This document shows, in pieces, positions 10,277-19,251 of a DNA stretch of 64,000 nucleotides (within the stretch, counting starts at the first letter, position 1; the number at the start of each line of letters is the position of its first letter). Position numbers and translations under genes: made by a program. Below the pieces are notes generated by a model that saw only the letters and a program-made list of their open reading frames with translations, was not told the origin of the DNA and did not search any database. The DNA comes from Candidatus Bathyarchaeia archaeon (GTDB taxonomy: Archaea; Thermoproteota; CALKCG01; B24). Location: NCBI GenBank assembly GCA_038870975.1, contig JAVZJD010000001.1, forward strand, positions 448,001 to 512,000. The letters are read 5' to 3'.

Positions 10277-13200
10277 TTAAGCGTAGTCTATAAGCTTTTT
10301 CCCAGTTTTCTTCATCCAGTCTTCTATTGGCTGTTTAAATTTCTCTTCGAACGCAGTCCTATGGATTGAATTGAACGTACAGAAGGATATTATTTTTCCA
10401 TCTGGAGTTGCATAGTGTATGCCACATCTATTCACTCTATCTAAGTCTAGATTCCATACGTCTTGGAAGTGCATTATCCCAACCATTACTACATTATACA
10501 TAAGTCTCCCTAGGGCTTCATAGCTCCCTTTAGTTATAATGTCTTTGAGGAGGTTTCTGATGAGCTCGCTCTTTACCATCGGTAGAAGCTTAAGTGCTTC
10601 TAATTTGGCTCTTCTACTATGACCTCCAACCCCTAGGTAGTACATCCCCCAGAATACTTGGGCAAAGTTATCAACGTCTACAAGCTCAGTTATAGGTGTG
10701 AAAGACCCATCTTCTTTAGCCACTAGGAACGTGGCTGCACCGCAGTGGGGATGTAGCGTGAACTCTGGATACGTTCTATTCTTGACTACTTCCATCCCCT
10801 TGGCAATAGGTAGGGGCCAGTTTACAGGCCTCCAGCTCCATTTTGAGACTGCTCCATTAGTCTGCTCTTCGATGAGTTTTACGGCGTCTGGTATTGTTAT
10901 CCTCATCTTCCTCATTTCCTCTTTCCTAGCTCTACCTGCCATCGATATGGGCTGTATGTTTACACATCGGATTACGTCTCTATTGTTAATGGCATATCTT
11001 ACTATATCTCCCAAGTCGCCATCGTTAACACCCTTGGCAAGAGTAACCACTAATACTATAGACTTATGTCCAATCTTCCTAGCGTTTTCAATAACTCTGT
11101 TCTTAACGTCGACAAGTCCACCTCTGCCTCTAAGCTTCAGGTATATCTCCTCCCTCAATCCGTCGAATTGTAAATATATCGTATCCATACCAGCGTCCAG
11201 CAACCGACTGTAATAGTCCAAGTCTTCAGCAAGCCTAATTCCGTTAGTATTAACCTCTACATGTCTAATACCAGCCCGTTTAGCTTCTCTAACAAGGTCG
11301 GGAAGGTCGTTTCGAAGCGTAGGTTCTCCTCCGCTGAACTGTAGAGCATTCGCAGCCCACGGTCTGCTAGACCTGAAAAGTTTAATCATTCCGACTATCT
11401 GCTCATACGTTGGCTCGTAGACGTAGTTTACAGCACCCGCGTAGGCGAAGCATATAGGGCATGCCATATTGCAATTTGAGACGTAGATGAGGCCGTTTGC
11501 TGCAAATAAGTGGTTTTTATCTACTGTTATATCATAAACGTACTCGTCTTTTGAGGCAACTACCTCAAGCATCTTAACCTCGTCTAAGAAGAAGTCTTCA
11601 GACGAATATCTCCAAGCTATCTGAACAATACTTTTACATTTTTCACACAGCTCAAGATCGCGTAAACGGCTAAGAATCTTCCTTAAAGTTGTTTTTGTTG
11701 TGTTTCTCTTTCCCGTTAAAACCTTGGAGAGATAACTTGGGTCTTCTGGATATAGCGTTACCCTACTAAGCCTATGATGATTAATTACTTCAGCCAAGAG
11801 TTTTATACAAATCCTGGGGGCAATCTCTCGTCTAGATTTCCCAATTTTTCTCACACGTCCTTCAACAGCCAACTGTTTAAGTTTCTCAAACTTCTTGGGG
11901 TGATTGCTTCCAATAACCTTCACGAATGTAGATACGTCTTTAAACCCTGAAATCACAACAACATAGTAACTTGACTTTGAGAAACCACTTCCCTGCCTCT
12001 CATGCATAGAGGCGAGGATTCCACATCTCCTTAAGAGCTGAACAATTCTTACAGCCCTCTTTCTACTAGATGTAACATAGTACACTGAGTTCGAAGCTAA
12101 GCTTACCGCTCCATCGCCATCAAAATATCCCCTTAAAAACGCAGTTATACATTTATCAGGTAGCTTAAATATCTCCTTTAACTCTCCTTCGATTACAACC
12201 TTCTCAATCAGATCATAAACCAATAAATTGTTAAATGATAGCCTTAAACAGCCCCTTCCATCTGTGTAAACATGACATTTTGTACCTGGAAACAAAGCCT
12301 CAACAATATGTTTCGCTTTCTTTACTAGCTCTGGTTCTGTACTATGGAAGTTAGTCGTGTATACCCCACGGCTTCTACTAGTAGATAGAGACCCATCTGA
12401 AGCTATAAGCCCTATAAGGTATGCTAAATCTTCGTCAAAATACTTTGCCTTTAGTTCGACCGTTTTCTTACGCCAAGAAACCTTTTCAATATGAGTTAGA
12501 GAGAACTCCTGATCAATCCCAAGTTTCTCACATAGTCTTTTGAAATCTCTAAAGTTTATTCCGACGCTTAAGTCGTAAAGGTTCCAGTATTTAAGTTGTA
12601 ATTGACTTATGGCCCTTCTTAGAGACCCGTATGCTTCCCTGGCTTTACGGCGTATTAGCTCCATAAGCACATCATCTGGATAAACGTAAAGCCTATAATC
12701 GTCTATCAACTCTAAGACTGGTAGGTTTTTAACATTTACGTTTATCCTAGCAGGTGCATATATAAGGTCTCCCACCCTCAGCTGATCAGCTCTGACAAGT
12801 TGAGCCCCATATTCACCATCAATCAATATCTCATGGTCGGGAGTTACTTTAAGCTCAACTCCCGAAACCGTACAGATTCTTACTAAGCTGTTCGGAGCCT
12901 TCAACCTATGGACAGCTATGACATCAGGATACGTAGGCTTAGGTGGATTGCAACTTAATACACGTATTGGTTTAGCGATTATCCCAGAACCGCTTCCATC
13001 TAAGGGAAGGTTCTCATCCACAAATCTTCCTATTTCCACGATAGAACCATCCTCGAGGATAAGCTCACAGTCGTATGTCACACATCTATTGGTGACGTCT
13101 ATTATGCCTAGTATTGTGTGCGTTTTATGCTGGGGGCATATCCCACAGTCGTAGGGACAACCTCTATCTATTTGAGAATGGGGGTTTTCAAGACCACTTC

Positions 13201-13408
13201 CTATATATTTTGCCGTATTCCAGTTTTTCTCAAACCACTTATAGTATTCTGCATCTCCCCAGTAGATGTCTTCGAATTTTCCGTGTTCTGGACATGTTTT
13301 CTCCAAGTATATGACGTTGTTTTCTTCGTAGACCCTCATTGGTACTCTTCTGAAGCACAGTGGGCATATGCTCACCGACCATTTTTCAAAAGGTCTTCCG
13401 TTTGACAT
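10277..13408 (-). CDS. tes: Tetraether lipid synthase Tes (GDGT-MAS, MJ0619-like radical SAM enzyme), intein-containing precursor
   Basis: N-terminal CPLC..CPEH, GCPYDCGICPQH, DVTNR|CNMACPICF, FSGGEPT, NTNG, YLQFDG, HPHCG, MHFQD, RCGIHY, FCTFN; spliced length 506 aa. Confidence 0.88.
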   Translation of the reverse strand: MSNGRPFEKWSVSICPLCFRRVPMRVYEENNVIYLEKTCPEHGKFEDIYWGDAEYYKWFEKNWNTAKYIGSGLENPHSQIDRGCPYDCGICPQHKTHTILGIIDVTNRCVTYDCELILEDGSIVEIGRFVDENLPLDGSGSGIIAKPIRVLSCNPPKPTYPDVIAVHRLKAPNSLVRICTVSGVELKVTPDHEILIDGEYGAQLVRADQLRVGDLIYAPARINVNVKNLPVLELIDDYRLYVYPDDVLMELIRRKAREAYGSLRRAISQLQLKYWNLYDLSVGINFRDFKRLCEKLGIDQEFSLTHIEKVSWRKKTVELKAKYFDEDLAYLIGLIASDGSLSTSRSRGVYTTNFHSTEPELVKKAKHIVEALFPGTKCHVYTDGRGCLRLSFNNLLVYDLIEKVVIEGELKEIFKLPDKCITAFLRGYFDGDGAVSLASNSVYYVTSSRKRAVRIVQLLRRCGILASMHERQGSGFSKSSYYVVVISGFKDVSTFVKVIGSNHPKKFEKLKQLAVEGRVRKIGKSRREIAPRICIKLLAEVINHHRLSRVTLYPEDPSYLSKVLTGKRNTTKTTLRKILSRLRDLELCEKCKSIVQIAWRYSSEDFFLDEVKMLEVVASKDEYVYDITVDKNHLFAANGLIYVSNCNMACPICFAYAGAVNYVYEPTYEQIVGMIKLFRSSRPWAANALQFSGGEPTLRNDLPDLVREAKRAGIRHVEVNTNGIRLAEDLDYYSRLLDAGMDTIYLQFDGLREEIYLKLRGRGGLVDVKNRVIENARKIGHKSIVLVVTLAKGVNDGDLGDIVRYAINNRDVIRCVNIQPISMAGRARKEEMRKMRITIPDAVKLIEEQTNGAVSKWSWRPVNWPLPIAKGMEVVKNRTYPEFTLHPHCGAATFLVAKEDGSFTPITELVDVDNFAQVFWGMYYLGVGGHSRRAKLEALKLLPMVKSELIRNLLKDIITKGSYEALGRLMYNVVMVGIMHFQDVWNLDLDRVNRCGIHYATPDGKIISFCTFNSIHRTAFEEKFKQPIEDWMKKTGKKLIDYA
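11474..13084 (-). mobile_element. Intein with LAGLIDADG homing endonuclease (537 aa) inside tes
   Basis: Starts CVTYD (Cys1), block B TPDHEI, LAGLIDADG motifs LIGLIASDG and FLRGYFDGDG, block F VYDITV, ends VSN before extein Cys+1. Confidence 0.95.
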
Positions 13409-13455
13409 GACATTGAAATTTCTAGCTTGATTAAATATATAATGATTTTCTCGGT

Positions 13456-14172
13456 CTAAATGGTTTTCCTGAGGTCTAATATTAAGTCAGGCTTATTCGT
13501 CGTTATCGAGTCGACCTTTTTTCCGACCAATTCTCTAGCTGTTTTCAAGTCGTCTACAGTCCAGACGTTGACTTTAAGGTTAAGCCTATGGGCAAATTCA
13601 ACTGTTTCAAGGGAGGCTAGTCTATAGTTTGGCATAACGGCTATACATCCGATGTTTTTAGCTTTTGAGATGAAATCGCCGGGCTTTGCGTATATTAAAC
13701 CCATATAGGCTTTGGGATTTCCTTGGGCGACGTTTTTTAGAGCTTCCTCGTGGAAAGATATGAACATGACCTGGTTTAACATCCTTCTGCTTTCTACGAG
13801 GTTTAAAGCGTAATTAGAAGCTTCGACTTCTTTAAGCTCCAATAGTAGACATATGCGTCCACACACCACATCTAAGACTTCTGAGAGCAGTGGAATTTTC
13901 TCACCCTTACCAGCGTCGAAGTTTTTAAGCTGTTTAGCTGTGTAACTGTCAACTCTACCTGAGCCGTTTGTAGTCCGATCTATGGTTTCATCGTGTATCA
14001 CTACTGGCACTTTATCTTTTGAAAGTCTAACGTCAACTTCCACTGCATCTGCTCCCATATCTATGGCTTTTTCAACCGCTCTGATGGTATTCTCAGGCTC
14101 ATAGCCTGAAGCCCCTCTATGTGCGACTACCGCTACCGGCTTTATGGAGAGGAACTCTGAGATTTCTACCAA
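13456..14172 (-). CDS. Glycerophosphodiester phosphodiesterase
   Basis: AHRGAS..PENT, EVDV.LSKD..VVIHD, LELK, VWTVDD, ITTNKP. Confidence 0.93.
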   Translation of the reverse strand: MVEISEFLSIKPVAVVAHRGASGYEPENTIRAVEKAIDMGADAVEVDVRLSKDKVPVVIHDETIDRTTNGSGRVDSYTAKQLKNFDAGKGEKIPLLSEVLDVVCGRICLLLELKEVEASNYALNLVESRRMLNQVMFISFHEEALKNVAQGNPKAYMGLIYAKPGDFISKAKNIGCIAVMPNYRLASLETVEFAHRLNLKVNVWTVDDLKTARELVGKKVDSITTNKPDLILDLRKTI

Positions 14173-14320
14173 TGCTGTTACCCACCGTTAGCTTAATTGT
14201 AGCGTTAGACTATATATATGTTAAACATGGTCTTTAAAAAGCCTAAGCCAACCTAAGGAGAGGTTTACACGTGTATGTTGGATAATCTTTAACAGGAGGA
14301 TTGATTAAGTAGTGTGAAGT

Positions 14321-16000
14321 TTGAAAGGTTCCTTCATAAGATTGTGTGAAGTTTACGAGTCCATAGAGAAGCTTAGCTCTAGAAGTGAGATCGTAGAGCT
14401 TATGGCTGGATATTTCAAGGATTTAAACGCTTCAGAGGTTAAAATAGCTGTTAAACTTTCTACGTCGGATTTTAGAGAAGCTTTAAACGTAAGCTGGGCT
14501 ACGCTTTTAAAGACTTTGAAAGAACTGTATAGGTTTAACGATGAAGACTTCTACAGGGCTTTCAATGATACTGGCGACGTGGGAAGCGCTGTTAAATCGA
14601 TCTTAGAAGCTAAAAGGCTTAGCCGTCAAACACTGTTGATGGTGAAGCCTCTTACACTCGAAGAGTTAGACATGCTTCTCAGAGAGGTTTCAGAAATCAA
14701 AGGCCCAGGCTCTAAGTATAAGAAGGTTAGAGTTTTAAAGGGCTTGTTTAGCAAGGTTTCACCGCTTGAAGCTAAGTACTTGGTTAGGATAATCTTAGGA
14801 GACCTGAGGATAGGTGTTAAAGAGGGGATAATTGTTAAAGCCCTCTCTGAAGCTTTCCACATTCCCTATGATGCTTTAGAGAGAGCTTTAATGCTTAGTG
14901 GAGATTTAGCTATGACCGCTGCTGTTGCTAAAACACAAGGCCTCCATGGTATTCTGAACATGAGGTATGTTCCGTTTAACCCTATAAAGCCTATGCTCGC
15001 AGGTATGGCCTACAACGTGAGGGAGATTTTAGACGAGTTTAAAGGCAAAGCTGCTTTTGAGTATAAGCTCGACGGTGCTAGAGTTCAAATACATGCATTT
15101 AATGGGGGTGTGAGGGTTTTTTCAAGGGGGCTTAAAGACGTAACTTCTAGTCTGCCTGAAGTAGTCGATGCTATTAGAGGAGAGGATAAGCTGAAGAACT
15201 GTGTAGTTGAAGGTGAAGTTATAGCAGTTAACTTCAACGGTAAACCTCTCCCTTTCCAGGAGCTTATGCATAGGTTTAAACGGATAAGAAGCGTTGAAGA
15301 AGAAGCTAAGAGGCTTCCGATTAAACTATACTTATTCGACATATTGGTTGACGAAGGCTCTTTGACTATAGGTGAACCTTACATTGAGAGAAGAAAGCGT
15401 TTAACCAGGAAGGTGGAGTCTATACCCCTGGTAGACAGCCTGATGACTCAAGATTTGGAAGAGGCTGAGGAATTCTACAGGAAGGCTTTAGAATATGGAC
15501 ATGAAGGTGTAGTAGCAAAAAAGCCTGATAGCATATACCACCCTGGTGTACGTGGTAGAGATTGGCTGAAAGTAAAAGAGACACTTGACACTTTAGACCT
15601 GGTTATAGTTGGAGGAGAATATGGATATGGACGTAGATACAGATGGATAAGCGACTACTTCTTAGCCGCTTTAGACAATTCAACTGGTGGCTTCACAATA
15701 ATTGGCAAGACTTTCAAAGGTCTAGTAGATGAAGAGTTTGAAAACCTAACGAAAACACTTGAAAACGACGTAGTTAAAAGAGAAGGACGTAGAGTATGGG
15801 TAAACCCTAGAATAGTAGTTGAAGTAGCTTACAACGAAATACAGAAAAGCCAGAAATACCCATCCGGATTCGCACTACGATTCGCAAGAATAGTAAGAAT
15901 ACGCTGGGATAAAAAAGTCGAAGAAGCAGATACAATAGACAAAGTCAGAGAAATATACATAAAACAATTCGAAAGGAAAGCTTCAAACCACCAGCGGTAA
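14321..16000 (+). CDS. lig: ATP-dependent DNA ligase
   Basis: KPMLA, EYKLDGARVQ (adenylated Lys), EGEV, LFDIL, EGVVAK, WLKVK, ALRFARI.RIRWDK. Confidence 0.97.
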   Translation: MKGSFIRLCEVYESIEKLSSRSEIVELMAGYFKDLNASEVKIAVKLSTSDFREALNVSWATLLKTLKELYRFNDEDFYRAFNDTGDVGSAVKSILEAKRLSRQTLLMVKPLTLEELDMLLREVSEIKGPGSKYKKVRVLKGLFSKVSPLEAKYLVRIILGDLRIGVKEGIIVKALSEAFHIPYDALERALMLSGDLAMTAAVAKTQGLHGILNMRYVPFNPIKPMLAGMAYNVREILDEFKGKAAFEYKLDGARVQIHAFNGGVRVFSRGLKDVTSSLPEVVDAIRGEDKLKNCVVEGEVIAVNFNGKPLPFQELMHRFKRIRSVEEEAKRLPIKLYLFDILVDEGSLTIGEPYIERRKRLTRKVESIPLVDSLMTQDLEEAEEFYRKALEYGHEGVVAKKPDSIYHPGVRGRDWLKVKETLDTLDLVIVGGEYGYGRRYRWISDYFLAALDNSTGGFTIIGKTFKGLVDEEFENLTKTLENDVVKREGRRVWVNPRIVVEVAYNEIQKSQKYPSGFALRFARIVRIRWDKKVEEADTIDKVREIYIKQFERKASNHQR

Positions 16001-16023
16001 TTTAGATTATTTTTAAAATAGAT

Positions 16024-16350
16024 TTAATGGGTACATTTTAGAGGATATTTACCGTAGTTTCTCGCAGTTTCAACCATCGGAAATATGTTTTCACCTGGCG
16101 TATCTCTTCCAACTTGGTCTCCCGTAGATAAGACGAACCCACCGTTTTCCCCAGCCACGTCTATGCACTGCTTAGCTTTCTCTTCAACTTCCTTAGGTTT
16201 AGCCGTGAATAGCCAGCTGGTTTGAATATTACCTTTGAGCGCAAGCCTATACCTGAAGCGGCGTTTAACATCAGCTAGATTGCAGTCTCCATTAGGTGGT
16301 TCTTCAAGAGGCTCTATGGAGTATAAATCCGTTTCACTAGCAGCAACTTC
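16024..16350 (-). pseudogene. C-terminal fragment of a UroD/MtaA-like methyltransferase-family gene
   Basis: Manual translation EVAASETDLYSIEPLEEPPNGDCNLADVKRRF..LALKGNI..CIDVAGENGGFVLSTGDQV..DTP.ENI..MVE; no start codon, abuts the pfkB stop. Confidence 0.8.
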
Positions 16351-16351
16351 T

Positions 16352-17278
16352 TTAAAAAGATAGTTTTTTAATTTTATCTATCAATGTTTCAGCTCTTTCG
16401 TAGACTTCGTTTTTTAAGCCAAATCTTGAGGGGCCATATCCTTCAGTAACGAAAGATGAAGCTGCTGATGCTACTGCAAGACTCCAGTCTAAATCGCCAC
16501 TACGGAAAAACTCTACGGTAAATCCAGCTGTGAAGCTATCTCCTGCTCCAGTTGGATCGACGAATTTAGGAGGCTTATAAGGTGGGCTTCGTAAGATTCT
16601 ACAGGTTGTTGTACATAGGGAGCCTAATTCCCCTAGGGTTAAAAGCACTACACCACGATGCATCTTTCCAAGCTTTTTAACTGCCTCCATAGGGTCACTT
16701 GCACCTGTTAAAGCCTCCGCCTCTTTCATGCTAAGCTTGACGATGTCTGCATTTGACAATATTTCAGGGTTTAATGGTCCCTCTTCGTAAACTTCACCAT
16801 CTACTTTAAACTTTCTTATGAAGCCTTGGACGTCTATTGAAAGCATCTGGGCCTTGATTCTTAGAGCTTTTAAAGTGTCTAGCCCAACTTCACCCGCTAC
16901 AGAGCCTACATGAGCTAATTCAACCTTTGGAAGATTTACAAGCTCATTAGGGGCGATGGGGCTACATAAGCTTAGAAGCTTCAGGGTTCTACCACTATTC
17001 CCATATACGAGTTTAAACCGCGTAGTCTTAGAGTTTAAATCTCTAACGTAGAAGTTTGTGTTTAACTGCGATTTTGAAAGCCAAACCATGAATTCTTCTG
17101 GAAAGTCATATCCGACTTTTGAAACGGGCATGGACTCACATCCAAGCCTTAGAGCTGTCATAGAAGCATAGACCGATGGACCACCGGGGGTTGGTCGAGT
17201 GGGATGCTTAGCCACGTATATTAAATCTACAGTTGTATGTCCTACTACTGTGAACTTCATGTGAAAGCCTATCCTCAA
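16352..17278 (-). CDS. PfkB family carbohydrate/nucleoside kinase
   Basis: PGGPSVY, IDVQGF, VKLS..EA, DPTGAGDSF. Confidence 0.92.
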   Translation of the reverse strand: MRIGFHMKFTVVGHTTVDLIYVAKHPTRPTPGGPSVYASMTALRLGCESMPVSKVGYDFPEEFMVWLSKSQLNTNFYVRDLNSKTTRFKLVYGNSGRTLKLLSLCSPIAPNELVNLPKVELAHVGSVAGEVGLDTLKALRIKAQMLSIDVQGFIRKFKVDGEVYEEGPLNPEILSNADIVKLSMKEAEALTGASDPMEAVKKLGKMHRGVVLLTLGELGSLCTTTCRILRSPPYKPPKFVDPTGAGDSFTAGFTVEFFRSGDLDWSLAVASAASSFVTEGYGPSRFGLKNEVYERAETLIDKIKKLSF

Positions 17279-17287
17279 CTTAACGCT

Positions 17288-18022
17288 TCATCCTATGAAC
17301 TGTTCAGGTATTTCAACACCTCGGTTGAATACTTCGACTTTCTCACCTATGCCAACGTACACTGCGTCAGCCATGTCTAAGAAAAGCCCGGTTTCAACAA
17401 CACCTGGTATTTCTTTAAACTCTCGATCCAATTCTCCAAAATCTACATCGACTTGTCTAAACCATACTTCAGCTATGAAGTTCCCACGCTCGGTCATGAG
17501 GGGGACTTCTTCACCGTTTATCTTGTACGCTCTAAGCTTAACCTCCCCTCCGAGTTTTGAAATCCTTCTGAAGACAAGCTCTCTAGCTTCTCTTATAACC
17601 TCAACGGGTATTGGAAACTTCGTATGAAGCCTCTTAACAAGCTTAGTGTGGTCAACTATCACGAGAAATCTCTTAGAAGAAGCTGCGAGCACCTTCTCAT
17701 TTGTAAAAACACCGTAGGAGCCGCCTTTAAGCAGATTAAGCCTCCTATCGACTTCATCAGCACCATCAATGTCAACATCTACAACTGGGTATTCGTCCAG
17801 AGAGGCCACAGACATTTTTAAACTCAAAGCAAGAAGTTTCATCGGTATGCTTGAAGGAATCACTATGACTTTAAGACCTTCACTTTCAATCCTCTTAGCC
17901 AGTTCTCTAGCGAACATAGCTGCAGTAGTTCCACTGCCAAGTCCAACAACTTCACCATCTCTAATCAAAGAGCTTGCGTACCTTGCTACAAGCTGTTTTT
18001 CTCTTTTAACTTCTAAACTCAT
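17288..18022 (-). CDS. rpiA: Ribose-5-phosphate isomerase A
   Basis: GLGSGTT, IDGADEVD, LKGG, EKVLA, IPGVVETGLF. Confidence 0.95.
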   Translation of the reverse strand: MSLEVKREKQLVARYASSLIRDGEVVGLGSGTTAAMFARELAKRIESEGLKVIVIPSSIPMKLLALSLKMSVASLDEYPVVDVDIDGADEVDRRLNLLKGGSYGVFTNEKVLAASSKRFLVIVDHTKLVKRLHTKFPIPVEVIREARELVFRRISKLGGEVKLRAYKINGEEVPLMTERGNFIAEVWFRQVDVDFGELDREFKEIPGVVETGLFLDMADAVYVGIGEKVEVFNRGVEIPEQFIG

Positions 18023-18061
18023 CCTATAGATTAAAGTTGTCTAGATACTGATAAGATTTAT

Positions 18062-18080
18062 GGAAAAAAGAGGGGGAAAG
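18062..18080 (-). terminator. Putative oligo-T terminator after the ferredoxin gene
   Basis: Minus-strand CTTTCCCCCTCTTTTTTCC just downstream of the stop. Confidence 0.4.
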
Positions 18081-18091
18081 AAGCATAGCCA

Positions 18092-18292
18092 CTATTCTTC
18101 TATAATTATCGCAGCTGCTGGACACTGATTAGCAACCTCTCTACAATCACATCCGTCACATCCATTAGGGTTGACGACTCTAGACTTCCCTTCATCATCC
18201 AATTCGAAGACTTCCGGGCATAGTGAGGCGCATAAGCCACAACCTATACAAGCATCTCTATCTACTTTGACTTTCAATTTTTCAACCCCCAA
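18092..18292 (-). CDS. Ferredoxin (single-cluster type)
   Basis: CIGCGLCASLCP ... CPAAAI. Confidence 0.92.
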   Translation of the reverse strand: MGVEKLKVKVDRDACIGCGLCASLCPEVFELDDEGKSRVVNPNGCDGCDCREVANQCPAAAIIIEE

Positions 18293-18313
18293 TTCCTTAG
18301 AGAAGACGATCTA

Positions 18314-18679
18314 TCATTTAACTTTAACGCAGCTTTTAAGCAAACCCATATCTGAGAGCTGTTTAATAATTGCTTCATATTGGGTTTCATCGTTAATAGC
18401 ACTGTTGATAGCATCTTCACTTACATGAGTCCCAGGTTTAACCAAAACCTCGACTTTAACGTTTAAAGTCTTTTCCAAAGCATACTTCATTAGAACGCCT
18501 ATTAAACCTCCCATTGGACAGAAAGGCGTAGTCGGTTTAAACGTTACTCGAACCTTCCCATCTCCGATTATTTCAATAGAGTCTTCATCAACGATCCCCA
18601 TTTCTACTACTGAAACTGGATATTCTGGGTCGTAAACCCCTCTAAGGACGGTCATGATGGTCTTCTTATCGAGAGACAT
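18314..18679 (-). CDS. DUF59/SufT/MIP18-family Fe-S assembly protein
   Basis: VYDPEYPVSVVEMG, PTTPFCP. Confidence 0.88.
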   Translation of the reverse strand: MSLDKKTIMTVLRGVYDPEYPVSVVEMGIVDEDSIEIIGDGKVRVTFKPTTPFCPMGGLIGVLMKYALEKTLNVKVEVLVKPGTHVSEDAINSAINDETQYEAIIKQLSDMGLLKSCVKVK

Positions 18680-18711
18680 TCAATATAATGGTGCTTCTTC
18701 ATCTATATAAG

Positions 18712-19251
18712 CTAGTCTAAAACAGCTTTAAGCTTACCCATACAGGAAGAACATGGAAGCTTAGATTTAAAGTCCGTATCCAATATGCTGTTTGAAAAAT
18801 GCATCACACATCTCGGGTTTGGACAGTGACGTAGTCCATATGTGTGACATACCTCGTGAACCGCTTCTTTAACGGCTCTATCCATGAAAAGTCTCTCGTT
18901 GAAAACAGCTCCATAGAAACGCGTATCCAGTCTGGCTAGAGATATTATTGCCAGTAGGCCCGGGCTCTCAGCCTGTCCAAATATAAAGTTGAGATGGGGC
19001 ACGTAAAGGTCAATCCAAGTTACGAGTAGAGTCCTGTTTTTAAGAGACCTAGCGTAGTACGCCATTATCACGTCAGAGTTATACTGTCTCCTACTGGTGT
19101 TGTAAGCCTCCATGGGGATGCTAAGCCGTTCAGTCGAAACCTTAAATTCGATGAAGGAGATGGTTTCCATAAGCTCTGAAGAAAGCCTCTCTAAAAGACT
19201 TAATTCTACATCTCCTAAAGCCACTAGGAAAACTCTCTCTTTAAATCTCAT
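18712..19251 (-). CDS. amzA: Archaemetzincin Zn metalloprotease
   Basis: RRQYNS, NFIFGQA, KEAVHEVCHTYGLRHC..CVMHFSNS..D.K..C..C. Confidence 0.93.
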   Translation of the reverse strand: MRFKERVFLVALGDVELSLLERLSSELMETISFIEFKVSTERLSIPMEAYNTSRRQYNSDVIMAYYARSLKNRTLLVTWIDLYVPHLNFIFGQAESPGLLAIISLARLDTRFYGAVFNERLFMDRAVKEAVHEVCHTYGLRHCPNPRCVMHFSNSILDTDFKSKLPCSSCMGKLKAVLD

